Assembly: GCA_963744625.1 (NCBI GenBank)
Contig: CAVUUK010000007.1
Coordinates: forward strand, 310,338 to 374,337
Direction: 5' to 3'
Source: an uncultured Acidobacteriaceae bacterium
GTDB lineage: Bacteria > Acidobacteriota > Terriglobia > Terriglobales > Acidobacteriaceae
Length of the DNA stretch: 64,000 nucleotides
This document shows positions 1 to 9,879 of this stretch, piece after piece; position 1 is the first letter of the stretch; every line of letters begins with the position of its first letter. Under the pieces are notes generated by a model, which ran no database searches, was not told the origin of the DNA, and worked only from the letters and a program-made list of their open reading frames with translations. The position numbers were made by a program, and so were the translations under genes.

Positions 1-346
1 CCGTCACTTCTTTTTCTCCCGCCGGAACCTCCACGTGAAACGTGAACCCGTCAAGCAGATCGCGCCGCCACGGCAGCGTCTTTCCTCCGGCCGTGAATTT
101 CAGCCCGGTCAAATCCGTTATCGGACCCGTCGGCCCGTGCTCGCCTGGAATCCATTTGGGGTAATAAAGTGTGAGCATCCCCGGCTTGGCCGGAATGTGC
201 ATTTGCGCGTGAAATATCTTGCGCGGCGCGTCCGATGCATCCACCGAAATCGTTATCGTCGGACCGTTGCTTCCAAAAACTGAGATTGACAGCAAAAGAA
301 AAGTCGTAAGACACAAAAATTCCCTGATTCTCAAACGTGAGCTCAT
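1..346 (-). CDS. M61 glycyl aminopeptidase-like protein, N-terminal fragment (gene continues past window start)
   Basis: Open minus-strand frame running off the window start. ATG at 346 is preceded by a GGAGGGGG SD-like run. Translation is MSSRLRIREFLCLTTFLLLSISVFG (signal-like) ...HAQMHIPAKPGMLTLYYPKWIPGEHGPTGPITDL..., which I recognise as the N-terminal domain pattern of M61 peptidases. Not in the ORF track because there is no stop in the window. Confidence 0.55.
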   Translation of the reverse strand, partial: MSSRLRIREFLCLTTFLLLSISVFGSNGPTITISVDASDAPRKIFHAQMHIPAKPGMLTLYYPKWIPGEHGPTGPITDLTGLKFTAGGKTLPWRRDLLDGFTFHVEVPAGEKEVT

Positions 347-479
347 TCCCCCTCCAGAGTTTCGAGTCACCCCAGCGCGACGAACATTACAGTACGTTGA
401 ATATATCAGTCTGGCGCGCCCATCAAGATTCGCCGCCCGCTTGGACGCCCATCCGCGGCCACTTTGCTATTATCCCGAG

Positions 480-1145
480 GTGCCCTCGCGCGGAAAATTT
501 ATCACCTTCGAAGGACTCGATGGCAGCGGCAAAAGCACGCAACTCGAGAAACTGGCTCGCTCCCTGCGCGCCCATGGTCTCTCCGTCGCTGTCACCCGCG
601 AACCCGGCGGCACCTCGACCGGCGAAAGCATTCGCGAGGTCCTGCTGCACTCCTCCACGGCCGGGCTGTCCCCGCTCGCCGAAATGGCGCTGATGTTCGC
701 CTCCCGCGCTCAGCACATCCACGAGGTCATCCTTCCTGCCCTCGCCGAAGGCCGCGTCGTTCTTTGCGATCGCTTTACCGATTCCACCGAAGCCTACCAG
801 GGCGGAGGCCGTAAGCTCGGTACCAAGCCCGTTCTCCGGTTGCACGAAATCCTTTGCGCTAACCTGCAGCCGGATCTCACCATCCTGCTCGATAACGACG
901 CCATCTACAGTGTCGAACGCGCCCGCCGCCGCAATCGAAAACGTAAAGATTCCAATGGGCACTCGGACAAAGACGAAAACCGTTTTGAACAGGAAAGTCG
1001 CGCTTTTTTCGGACGCGTCCGCCACTCCTATCTGGCCATCGCGAACCGTGAGCCCCAGCGAGTGCACATCATCAACGCTCGTGGCACCCCGAATGAAACG
1101 CATGCGCTTATCATGGACTTAGTGCGGAAAAAATTGAAAATTTGA
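480..1145 (+). CDS. tmk: thymidylate (dTMP) kinase
   Basis: From the in-frame GTG at 480: VPSRGKFITFEGLDGSGKSTQLEKLARSL (P-loop), DRFTDSTEAYQGGGR, about 221 aa. The ORF-track start at 219 would overlap the divergent gene ending at 346, so the shorter start is preferred. Confidence 0.9.
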   Translation: MPSRGKFITFEGLDGSGKSTQLEKLARSLRAHGLSVAVTREPGGTSTGESIREVLLHSSTAGLSPLAEMALMFASRAQHIHEVILPALAEGRVVLCDRFTDSTEAYQGGGRKLGTKPVLRLHEILCANLQPDLTILLDNDAIYSVERARRRNRKRKDSNGHSDKDENRFEQESRAFFGRVRHSYLAIANREPQRVHIINARGTPNETHALIMDLVRKKLKI

Positions 1146-1192
1146 GCCTCGTTGTTGGCTTCGGGCCGGCAGCGAGCGTCAGAAGCGTTTTT

Positions 1193-2293
1193 ATGGCCTT
1201 TTCCGATTTCATCGGCAATCCCGAAACCATCCATCGTCTGCGCAAGATGCTCGGGCATAATCGTTTCCCTCACGCCGTCATTCTTTCCGGTGCCGAAGGA
1301 TCTGGAAAATACACTCTTGCCCTCATGCTTGCCCGCGCCATGAACTGTCGTGAGCAGCCCATTACCGGGGGTTTGCCCGATTTCTGCGGACGTTGCATGA
1401 ATTGCACTCGCATCGCTCAAGCCGAAAACTTGGACGCCCGTTTCGCCGAAGCGGTTGAAGCCCGTGAAAATCTGCGCGACACCGACAAGAAAGAAACTCG
1501 CCTCTTCGTGCAGACACATCCCGACGTTCTCATCATTCCGCCCGATCCCCCGCAGCTGATGATCAAGGTCGATCAGGTTCGCCACGTTATCGATACGATT
1601 TACTATCGCCCCGGCGAAGCCCGCGAGCGCGTTTACATCTTCACCGGCTCCGCCTTCATGAAAGAAGCCGCCAACTCTCTTCTCAAGGTTCTCGAGGAGC
1701 CGCCCGGCTTCGCCACCATTTTTTTGCTTACCGAAAACGCCGGAGAGTTGCTGCCCACAATCCGCTCCCGCTCCATGACCTTCAACCTGGGCGCAATCCC
1801 CGTTCCGGAAATCGAGGCTCGTCTCGCCGACCTTCGTCCCAACTGGAATCCACGCCAGCGCGCGCTGGTCGCCCGATTGAGCCATGGCGCTATCGGACGC
1901 GCCTTATCTTTCGATCTCGAGAACTACATCGCTGCCCGCAGCCACGCTCTCATCCTCTTAAAATCTGCGTTAAGCGGAACCGATCACAGCGAGCTTTTCA
2001 AGACCACCGAGAGTTACCGCGCCGGCGCCGAAGGGCGCGAGAAAATCGACAACCTGCTTCGCACTTTCTACTCGCTGCTCGAAGACCTGATGTTCCTGCA
2101 GTCCGGCGCGCCGCAACTGGTTCGCAATACCGATATCCTTGGGGAACTCAAAAAAATGTCTGATGCCGCAGACTTCTCCTGGCTGCAACGTGCAGCGGAA
2201 GGTCTCGCCGAGGTCGAGCGCGGCCTCCGCCGCAACCTGCTCCGCTCACTCTCGCTCGATGCCTTCGCCACTGCGCTCGAACGCGTTTCCTGA
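1193..2293 (+). CDS. holB: DNA polymerase III subunit delta-prime
   Basis: ATG at 1193 gives MAFSDFIGNPETIHRLRKML. Also present: AVILSGAEGSGKYTLALMLARAMNC, a Cys cluster FCGRCMNC, and TIRSRSM (SRC-like motif). It follows tmk as in many bacteria. TTG at 1142, overlapping the tmk stop, is an alternative start. Confidence 0.85.
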   Translation: MAFSDFIGNPETIHRLRKMLGHNRFPHAVILSGAEGSGKYTLALMLARAMNCREQPITGGLPDFCGRCMNCTRIAQAENLDARFAEAVEARENLRDTDKKETRLFVQTHPDVLIIPPDPPQLMIKVDQVRHVIDTIYYRPGEARERVYIFTGSAFMKEAANSLLKVLEEPPGFATIFLLTENAGELLPTIRSRSMTFNLGAIPVPEIEARLADLRPNWNPRQRALVARLSHGAIGRALSFDLENYIAARSHALILLKSALSGTDHSELFKTTESYRAGAEGREKIDNLLRTFYSLLEDLMFLQSGAPQLVRNTDILGELKKMSDAADFSWLQRAAEGLAEVERGLRRNLLRSLSLDAFATALERVS

Positions 2294-2517
2294 GCAGTCC
2301 TCTGTAGAAATGGCGCGCACGCTGCTTACCGGGGGGCCCGGCAAAACACACGCTTCTCCTGTGATTACGCAGGCGGTCACACCGAAGACACTGCACAAAA
2401 TATTGTCAACCCCCGCCCGCTGTGATACCGTTACCGTCAGTTCACACCTCTGGACCCACAATCAAAGGCTCGAGTGTTGTGGCTTATTCCGCCCGCCCGG
2501 CGTGCAGGTGGTGCGAT

Positions 2518-2931
2518 TTGAAAGATACCCTCGACTCGATTCCAGCCGAACCATCAGCGGATCAGGAAAGCTTCGCCAATCGCAAGCTGATCCGCCCGAC
2601 CCTCAACCGCTCCGAACACGCTCATAATAATCACGGGCACAACCACGCCCCGTCCGAGCGTCGAGATCGAGACCGAGAGCGTCCCCCCATGCCTGCTAAA
2701 AAAACGCCGCCTAGCGAACAGACCAACGCCGAGAATTTTTATTATCAGAAACAGATGCAGACCAAGACTCCCATGGTCGTCGTCTTGCGCGACGGCGAAG
2801 AAGTCCACGGCTATATCGAGTGGTACGACAAGAACTGCATCAAGCTAAACCGCGCCGGCGCCGCCAATCTCATGATCTACAAGCCCGCGATCAAGTACAT
2901 GTTTAAGGAAGGCGAGAACGGCAGAAAGTAG
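2518..2931 (+). CDS. hfq: Sm-fold Hfq-like RNA chaperone with basic/His-rich N-terminal extension
   Basis: The C-terminal ~70 aa, NAENFYYQKQMQTKTPMVVVLRDGEEVHGYIEWYDKNCIKLNRAGAANLMIYKPAIKYMF, resembles Hfq Sm1 plus the Sm2 (YKHAI-like: YKPAI) motif. The start is uncertain: TTG 2518 has AGGTGG 7 nt upstream; the alternatives are GTG 2422 and ATG 2689 (80-aa core). Confidence 0.6.
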   Translation: MKDTLDSIPAEPSADQESFANRKLIRPTLNRSEHAHNNHGHNHAPSERRDRDRERPPMPAKKTPPSEQTNAENFYYQKQMQTKTPMVVVLRDGEEVHGYIEWYDKNCIKLNRAGAANLMIYKPAIKYMFKEGENGRK

Positions 2932-3009
2932 ATCGCCCGCTGCCCTTCACTTGCTGTCTCGAAGATCTCGGTTTGCCTCATTCGGCTCCGCGATTATCGC
3001 CAGTGGCGA

Positions 3010-4914
3010 TCACTTCCCCACTTGACTCAATTCCAGTTGATCCAGCCGGCGGCTCAACAGCGCCAAATCATCGTTCAGCAGCGTCGTTCCTGATAGATCA
3101 ATACCCAAAAACTCGCTCAGCAACTCCGCTGGCGGACGGTCGAACCCATTCTTCAGCAGCGCGATGTAGCGGGGCACAAACCACTCCCGTTTCGTCGTGT
3201 AAAGCTCGTAATACTTCAACGCCAGCAAGCCTCCATAAACATAGTTCACATCGTAAAGAGGATCCTCATACATGAGCGATGCCATCGCCCACCGTGTGCG
3301 CAACTCAGGTGTTGACGCTGGAAATTTCGAAAACTGGCCATCCACCCGCAAAGTCAAACTATCGAGATCATCCGCATTCCGAACCGTGCCCGCTGCGACC
3401 CTGTCGTAGATCGCCTGCTCCAGCAATGCGTCTTGCGCCCCATAAAATGCATCGAGTCCCTTGATGCTCATCCACCGTTCGCGATAATAGCGCCGCAACT
3501 CGGGAGTAGCCGCTTGTTCGGCCATGAAATCCGCCAGCACCAATTCGTTGAACTCCGCAAACGATTCGAAAAGAAAATGTGCGCCCTCCGCATAAGATGG
3601 CGAAACGTCATTCTCACTCATAAACTGCCGATGGACCGCGTGTCCTCCTTCGTGCGCTATCACTGACAGGTCCTTGAACGTCCCGTCGTAGCGCCCGAAA
3701 AATAAAATGCTTGTGCCCCCCGGAAATCCGGCGGAAAAACCTCCACCGTAGCGACTTACCGCCCCTCCCGGCAAAATGTCGGCACGCCCGTTTGCCGGAT
3801 CGAGCAACGCATCGAACTGCGCCTGATACTCCTTTCCCATCTCCGCGAATGCCTCGTGAAAAATGCCGCGAGCATCTGCGAGCGAAGTAATGGGCGGAGT
3901 AAACCCCGGCGACGGAGCCAACATATCCCACTCGTGTGCCGGCTGACGATAGCCTCGCGCAATATCCTGCGAACGAATGTTCTCATAGCGCTTTGCAACG
4001 TCGCCGTGCTCCGCCATCGCACCCAGCAGACTGCGTGTCTCCTCCGGTTTGCAATAAAGGCTTTCGTACTTGCGCGCCGGCGCGTCCGCATAGTGATGTG
4101 TTTTTGCCAGAAGATTTTGCGCCTGCACCGTGTGGATCAGCGCAAAGGCCAGCAGATCGCGCTGGCTCGCATACCCCGCATATCGGCGCTTGAATCCCTG
4201 TTCGCGCACCCGCCCGTCCGCGTCCGTTGCCATCAAATTCCGCTGCCGCACAACGTCAAGCGCCCCCGAAGGCGTTTGCACCGTTCCGAAAGAAATACCC
4301 GCCACAATCTGCTCGTATAAATCGTACTGCCAGCCTCCAATCTGCGGCTGAAACTGGTCGAGCAGCATTTGCTCCGCTTCCGGCAGCAGATGCGGTGCAT
4401 TGCGTCGAATATCCGACAGCGCAAAACGATATTCCACCAGCGCCGGTTCTTCCTTGAAGAACGCGTTCAGTTGATCATCTGGGATTGCGAGAATTTCAGG
4501 ATCGAGAAATGCCGTCTTGGCGTCAAGGTCCGATTCGAGCGCCTGGTCCTCGGCGCACGCGGCATCCGTGCGATCCAGCGCGCAGCGCAGGTGCAGATAA
4601 CTCTCATGTTTCCCAAAAAGCTCTTGGACGGAATCATTCTGTCGCAAAACGCCAAGCAGTTGTTGCGCAGAACTGATTCGCCCCTTGAAGTGCCCTATCC
4701 GCTCAAGAGCGGCATTCAAGTCGGAGCGCGCCGCAAGCTCTGCCGCGGGAGTCTTGAAGTAATAGCGCGCCAGATCAGCAGTTAAACGATCTGTAATTAA
4801 ACGATTTGTAGACAGATGATCGGCCGATCGAGCGTGGGAAGCAGTCGGAGTCTGTGCATAAACGCTCCCCGCAACCACGCACACCAAGATCGCCCACCGT
4901 CCGCACAGTCTCAC
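3010..4914 (-). CDS. M3 family oligoendopeptidase (PepF-like), predicted exported
   Basis: 634 aa with an HEGGHAVH zinc motif (HExxH). The N-terminus is signal-like: MRLCGRWAILVCVVAGSVYAQ. Length and organisation fit M3B oligoendopeptidase F. Confidence 0.8.
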   Translation of the reverse strand: MRLCGRWAILVCVVAGSVYAQTPTASHARSADHLSTNRLITDRLTADLARYYFKTPAAELAARSDLNAALERIGHFKGRISSAQQLLGVLRQNDSVQELFGKHESYLHLRCALDRTDAACAEDQALESDLDAKTAFLDPEILAIPDDQLNAFFKEEPALVEYRFALSDIRRNAPHLLPEAEQMLLDQFQPQIGGWQYDLYEQIVAGISFGTVQTPSGALDVVRQRNLMATDADGRVREQGFKRRYAGYASQRDLLAFALIHTVQAQNLLAKTHHYADAPARKYESLYCKPEETRSLLGAMAEHGDVAKRYENIRSQDIARGYRQPAHEWDMLAPSPGFTPPITSLADARGIFHEAFAEMGKEYQAQFDALLDPANGRADILPGGAVSRYGGGFSAGFPGGTSILFFGRYDGTFKDLSVIAHEGGHAVHRQFMSENDVSPSYAEGAHFLFESFAEFNELVLADFMAEQAATPELRRYYRERWMSIKGLDAFYGAQDALLEQAIYDRVAAGTVRNADDLDSLTLRVDGQFSKFPASTPELRTRWAMASLMYEDPLYDVNYVYGGLLALKYYELYTTKREWFVPRYIALLKNGFDRPPAELLSEFLGIDLSGTTLLNDDLALLSRRLDQLELSQVGK

Positions 4915-4943
4915 GCCGCCCCTCTCCGTGATAGACGGTCGCG

Positions 4944-5495
4944 CTACAATTTCGGCAGCACAATCCCCTTCTGCGCCTGGTATTTCCCTTTGCGGTCCTT
5001 GTAGCTGGTCTCACAAACCTCATCCGACTGGAAGAAGAGAATCTGGCAAAGCCCCTCATTCGCGTAGATCTTCGCCGGCAGCGGCGTAGTGTTCGAAATT
5101 TCGAGTGTGACGAACCCCTCCCACTCCGGCTCAAACGGCGTCACATTCACGATGATCCCGCAGCGCGCATAGGTCGACTTGCCCACGCATACCGTCAGCA
5201 CATCCCGCGGAATCTTGAAATACTCCACCGACCGCGCCAGTGCAAACGAATTCGGCGGCACGATCGCAACATCGGCATTCACCGTCACGAACGATCGCTC
5301 GTCGAAATGTTTCGGATCGACAATCGTGCTATTCACATTGGTAAAAATCTTGAACTCGTCGGCCACTCGCAAGTCGTATCCGTAGCTCGATACGCCATAC
5401 GAAATTACTCCCGCACTCACCTGCTTTTCCGAGTACGGATTAATCATGTCGTGCTCCTGCGCCATGCGCCGGATCCAGCGGTCGCTCTTGATCAT
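4944..5495 (-). CDS. dcd: dCTP deaminase
   Basis: ATG at 5495 gives [21 protein letters not shown]. Also [23 protein letters not shown] and [34 protein letters not shown]. 183 aa, typical of Dcd. The upstream extension to 5609 has no family support. Confidence 0.9.
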   Translation of the reverse strand: MIKSDRWIRRMAQEHDMINPYSEKQVSAGVISYGVSSYGYDLRVADEFKIFTNVNSTIVDPKHFDERSFVTVNADVAIVPPNSFALARSVEYFKIPRDVLTVCVGKSTYARCGIIVNVTPFEPEWEGFVTLEISNTTPLPAKIYANEGLCQILFFQSDEVCETSYKDRKGKYQAQKGIVLPKL

Positions 5496-5671
5496 GAAAC
5501 TCCTCAGGGATTTGCTAACTGGATAATTCTGCAATTTGGTAATTCTGAGAGCGCGTCCGCTCGCCGGCGAATCCCGGTACAGACGCTCTTCAAATCTCTG
5601 AATTTCCAAATCGCAAAATCACAAATTGTTTCTTGGCTGGTGCCTGCCATATTACGAGATTGATCCCCCGG

Positions 5672-5700
5672 TTGACAATCCGTCCTATCTCCCTTAGCAT
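5672..5700 (+). promoter_or_regulatory. sigma70-like promoter candidate for the HU/IHF gene
   Basis: TTGACA (5672-5677), a 17-nt spacer, then TAGCAT (5695-5700), about 45 nt upstream of the TTG start at 5744. This is a consensus match only. Confidence 0.4.
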
Positions 5701-5743
5701 CAATAACTTGAGCAACACAAATCCTCGGGACGCGGGGGATACC

Positions 5744-6013
5744 TTGATTAAGCTCGACATCATCAACGAAGTCGTCAACCGCACCGGAATCACCAAGACC
5801 AAGGCAGAACTCGCCGTCGAAACCGTCTTCGAGAGCATGAAGAAGGCGCTCTCCACCGGCGATCGCATCGAACTGCGCGGTTTTGGCGTATTCAACGTGC
5901 GCCCCCGGAAAACCGGCATCGGGAGGAATCCGCGCACCGGCGCCGAGGTCTCCATTCCTCCGGGCAAAGCCGTCCGCTTCAAACCCGGCAAGGAACTGCA
6001 ATCCATCGACTAG
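5744..6013 (+). CDS. HU/IHF family DNA-binding protein
   Basis: TTG at 5744 gives LIKLDIINEVVNRTGITKTKAELAVETVFESMKKALSTGDRIELRGFGVFNVRPRKTGIGRNPRTGAEVSIPPGKAVRFKPGKEL. This is the classic HU/IHF fold with the beta-arm RNPRTGE motif. 89 aa. Confidence 0.85.
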   Translation: MIKLDIINEVVNRTGITKTKAELAVETVFESMKKALSTGDRIELRGFGVFNVRPRKTGIGRNPRTGAEVSIPPGKAVRFKPGKELQSID

Positions 6014-6169
6014 ATTGCAGAGCCGAGGGGTCAAAGCTCAAAGGCCAAAAATTGGATTGCAGGAGTGTATGCGTCCCCTTTGCGACTTTTAACCCGCGCT
6101 CTGACCTCAAACCTCTAATCTCTCGCCCCGCCTTTTGCAGGTAATATCAACATAGGCCTGACACAGTAT

Positions 6170-7240
6170 ATGTCTGAACCAACATCTACTTCTCCAGCCG
6201 CTCTTGAGTGGGAGCGGCAGCCCCAACCCGGCGTGTGGATGATCCCTCGTCCGCGCCAGCGTTGGTCAGTCTATGTTCTTTTCTTCGCGGTGACCCTGTT
6301 CAGCACCACCGTTGTCGGCGCCCGCATGCAGTTTTACTTCCTCCGCCATCAAACCGTATTCGCTCTGAATGACGAAACGCTTTCTTTCTTCCCCATCAGC
6401 TGGGCCATGCGCCATCCGCAAAACTTTCTCATGGGCCTGCCCTTTTCGCTCACGCTGATGTTCATCCTCTTCGCCCACGAGATGGGGCATTACCTCTATG
6501 CACGCCACTACCGCGTCTACGCCACCCCGCCGCTATTCATTCCTTTCCCCACCCTGATCGGCACTCTCGGCGCCTTTATCCGCATCAAAAGCCCGATCCC
6601 TTCACGCGCCGCCCTTTTCGACATCGGAATCGCCGGCCCGATAGCAGGCTTCATCCCATCCTGCATCGCGCTGCTCTACGGCCTCTCGCTTTCTCATCCC
6701 ATCGTTCCCTTCAATCCGGCCGACACCCGCGCCGGATTTCCGTTGGCGTTTCATCTAGCGGCCAGGTTGCTGCACGTTGGCCTACCCCTTGACGTGCTCT
6801 CCCTCCATCCCATAGCCGCTGCGGCGTGGGTCGGATTCTTTGCCACCTCTCTGAATCTATTGCCCGGCGGGCAACTCGACGGCGGCCACATTCTCTTCTC
6901 TGTCTCGCCCCGCCTCCATTATTGGATCTCCCTTCTCACCGTCTTTGCCATGGTGCCCCTCGGAAAATATCTGTGGACAGGTTGGTTTCTCTGGGCCGTG
7001 CTTCTGGGTTTGACCATGCGCCATCCCCGCGTTCCACGCTATCCCGATGTCTCGGGATGGCGTCGCGTCCTGGCTCTCGGCGCTGTCCTCATGCTCGCCC
7101 TGAGTTTTACGCCCGCACCCTTCACGAACAGCTCAGGACAAGATGTCTGGCGCATGTTTGGTCCCGAAATCCGCCACGAAAGCCGAGGCACGCTCCATGA
7201 CCTTCGCGACAGCGCCAGCCACCTCTTGCATCGCAAGTAA
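6170..7240 (+). CDS. site-2 protease (peptidase M50) family membrane metalloprotease
   Basis: HEMGHYLYA (HExxH) and SLNLLPGGQLDGGH (NxxPxxxLDG) motifs, with multiple hydrophobic helices. Confidence 0.8.
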   Translation: MSEPTSTSPAALEWERQPQPGVWMIPRPRQRWSVYVLFFAVTLFSTTVVGARMQFYFLRHQTVFALNDETLSFFPISWAMRHPQNFLMGLPFSLTLMFILFAHEMGHYLYARHYRVYATPPLFIPFPTLIGTLGAFIRIKSPIPSRAALFDIGIAGPIAGFIPSCIALLYGLSLSHPIVPFNPADTRAGFPLAFHLAARLLHVGLPLDVLSLHPIAAAAWVGFFATSLNLLPGGQLDGGHILFSVSPRLHYWISLLTVFAMVPLGKYLWTGWFLWAVLLGLTMRHPRVPRYPDVSGWRRVLALGAVLMLALSFTPAPFTNSSGQDVWRMFGPEIRHESRGTLHDLRDSASHLLHRK

Positions 7241-7281
7241 TCCCCTGAAGCGCTTTTCGCAGATGACCCCCAACCGGCCTC

Positions 7282-9780
7282 CTACATCAACCAGACTGCA
7301 TCTACATCCACAATCACATGCGTGCGCGGAATCTTTCGCGCTGCGGCTTCCGCCAGCATTGCGCGCAGCAGCGCATTCATCTTCTCGCGGCTGGGAGACT
7401 TCAAAATAAAGTGATACCGGTAATCCCTTTTCAACCGCGTAATCGGAGCCGCGGCCGGCCCTAGCACCCGAATCCCTTCATGCCGCGTCTTCCCGAACCA
7501 TCGCCCCAGTTCTCCCGACCACATCAGCGCCTCGTCCAACTTGTCGCTGCGAATCAGCACGTTCGCAATCGCGCTATACGGCGGATAGTGCATCCACGCC
7601 CGAAACTGCAGCTCTTTATCGTAGAACCCCACAAAGTCATGCCGAGCCGCAAACTGCACCGCGTAGTGATCCTGAAAATAAGTCTGCAGCACAACTTTTC
7701 CCGGAGTCTGTCCGCGTCCCGCCCGTCCCGCAACCTGCGTGAGCAGTTGAAACGTTCTCTCCGCTGCGCGAAAATCGGGCAGCCCCAGCGCCATGTCCGC
7801 CCCCACCACTCCCACCAAAGTCACCCCATGGATATCGTGCCCCTTCGCGATCATCTGCGTGCCCACCAGCATGTCGAGCGCGCCTTCATTCAACGCATTC
7901 AGCGCGTGTTCGAAATCCTCACGCCCGCGCACCGTATCGCGATCCAGTCGCCCGATCCGCGCCTGCGGAAACATCCCGTGCAGCAACTCCTCCAGCTTCT
8001 CCGATCCCGTCCCGACAAAATACACGTACTCACTGCCGCAATGCACACACTTGTCCGGAATCTTCGCAACGTGTCCGCAATAATGGCATTCCATCTTGTG
8101 CTCGCGTTTGTGATGCGTCATCGACACCGCGCAGTTCTTGCACTGCAACGTCTTGCCGCAAGCGCGGCACAGAACCACTGGAGAATATCCGCGCCGGTTC
8201 AGCAGCACCATGACCTGCTCTTTTTTCTCCAGCCGCACGCGAATCTCTTCCGCCAACTTGCGCGAGATCACCTGCTCCTGCCCTGTCTCCTGAAATTCCT
8301 GCCGCATACCGACAATCTCAACTTCCGGCAGCGGACGTTTCTCCACCCGATCCGGCAACTCCACCAGCGCATACTTATTTTTCTTCGCGTTGTAATAAGA
8401 CTCCAATGAAGGAGTAGCCGAACCCAGCACCACCGTCGCCCCAGCCATCTTCGCCCGCATCACCGCCACATCGCGCGCGTGATACCGCGGCGTCTCCTCC
8501 TGCTTGTATGACGAATCCTGCTCTTCATCCACAATGATCAACGCCAGATCGTTCACCGGAGCAAACACCGCTGACCGCGTTCCCGCTACCACCCGCGCTT
8601 CACCCCGCCGTATCCGATGCCACTGCTCGGCCCGCTCCGCATTCGACAACCCCGAATGCAGAATCGCGACCTCATCCCCGAACACCTGATGCAGATCCGC
8701 AGCCACCGCCGGAGTCAGGCCAATTTCCGGAACCAGCAAAATCGATGACCGCCCCTGTTCCAACACCTCGCGCATGCACGCCAGATACACCGCAGTCTTT
8801 CCCGACCCCGTAATCCCATGCAGCAACAACCCGCCAAACTTGCGAGACGCGGCAGCCTCGCCAATCCGAGCCAGCGCCGCCTTCTGCGCCGCGCTGAATT
8901 CAAATTCAAAAGGAGACGGCCTCGGCTTGAGCTTTGAAGCCGTAAAGTCCTGTGCTTCATCGACTAGTTGAATCAGCCCGCGCCGCACCAGCGTAGAAAG
9001 AGTAGTGCGAGGCAAATCAAGCTCCCGCAGAGCTTCAACCGGGAGCCGCCCACCGGCACCAGCCAGCATTTCAATCAATGTCCGTTGGTTGTTGTTGAGT
9101 TTGCCCGTGTGGTGACTGGCCTCCCGATCGTCCAGCAGAGGTAGAGCCTCCGCCGACTCCTCCGCACCGAGCAGCACCGCTACCTTCACCAGCCGCGCCG
9201 CATCTCGGGCTGCCGACACATCTTCCCGCACAATCCACTTCTTCCGTACCATTCCTGCCAGCAGCGCCGACGGTACACGGGTCGCCCCACGCAAACTTCC
9301 TTCGCGAACGCTCTCCCGCTCCGCCAGATAATCCAGCACGCGAAACTCAATCAGCTGCTGTTCCGGAGTCCGCTTCGATCGCGCCGGAGATCCCGACTCC
9401 CCCGCCAGATGCAGCGCCAGCCGCCCCCCATCCGTGACGCGATAAGAAACCGCTCGCTTGAACTCCGCCGAAAGCGGCAGCATCGTCCGGAACACTTCAC
9501 CAATCGGCGCCAGATAGTAATCGGCGATCCATTTCCCCAGTTTTAAAAGATGTTCGTCAAGAACCGGCGACAGGTCCAGCGCTTCGATCACTTTCTTGAT
9601 CTTTACCCGCGTAGACTCGGGCGGACGATCATGCAGGTCCACCACAATCCCCGACAACCGTTGCTGCCGGAATGGCACCAGCACACGCCCGCCGACCACC
9701 GGCTCCATCCCCGCAGGAACAGCGTAGGTGAACGCCGTATCCAAGGGCACAGCCAGAGCGACGTCGCAGAAGAGAGGCAT
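7282..9780 (-). CDS. priA: primosomal replication protein N-prime (PriA helicase)
   Basis: 832 aa. Walker A LLHGITGSGKT and DEEQ box IIVDEEQD. Cys-rich zinc module CRACGKTLQCKNCAVSMTHHKREHKMECHYCG...CVHCGS. Confidence 0.92.
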   Translation of the reverse strand: MPLFCDVALAVPLDTAFTYAVPAGMEPVVGGRVLVPFRQQRLSGIVVDLHDRPPESTRVKIKKVIEALDLSPVLDEHLLKLGKWIADYYLAPIGEVFRTMLPLSAEFKRAVSYRVTDGGRLALHLAGESGSPARSKRTPEQQLIEFRVLDYLAERESVREGSLRGATRVPSALLAGMVRKKWIVREDVSAARDAARLVKVAVLLGAEESAEALPLLDDREASHHTGKLNNNQRTLIEMLAGAGGRLPVEALRELDLPRTTLSTLVRRGLIQLVDEAQDFTASKLKPRPSPFEFEFSAAQKAALARIGEAAASRKFGGLLLHGITGSGKTAVYLACMREVLEQGRSSILLVPEIGLTPAVAADLHQVFGDEVAILHSGLSNAERAEQWHRIRRGEARVVAGTRSAVFAPVNDLALIIVDEEQDSSYKQEETPRYHARDVAVMRAKMAGATVVLGSATPSLESYYNAKKNKYALVELPDRVEKRPLPEVEIVGMRQEFQETGQEQVISRKLAEEIRVRLEKKEQVMVLLNRRGYSPVVLCRACGKTLQCKNCAVSMTHHKREHKMECHYCGHVAKIPDKCVHCGSEYVYFVGTGSEKLEELLHGMFPQARIGRLDRDTVRGREDFEHALNALNEGALDMLVGTQMIAKGHDIHGVTLVGVVGADMALGLPDFRAAERTFQLLTQVAGRAGRGQTPGKVVLQTYFQDHYAVQFAARHDFVGFYDKELQFRAWMHYPPYSAIANVLIRSDKLDEALMWSGELGRWFGKTRHEGIRVLGPAAAPITRLKRDYRYHFILKSPSREKMNALLRAMLAEAAARKIPRTHVIVDVDAVWLM

Positions 9781-9879
9781 TTCGGAAGAGAAAAAGATTT
9801 ACAACCTGTCATGCTGAGCGTAGCAGAACGATTCGCGAAGCAGATCGTTCCGCGGAGAGCTGAAACGCAAACAGGTATC

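Noticed and set aside
219-479. N-terminal 87-codon extension of tmk given by the ORF track
   Set aside because: It would overlap the divergent M61-like gene (start at 346). The family-typical N-terminus (KFITFEGLDGSGKST) begins right after the in-frame GTG at 480.
7480-8409. 309-aa ORF on the plus strand
   Set aside because: Antisense to priA. The translation is His/Arg/Leu/Gln-rich low-complexity sequence.
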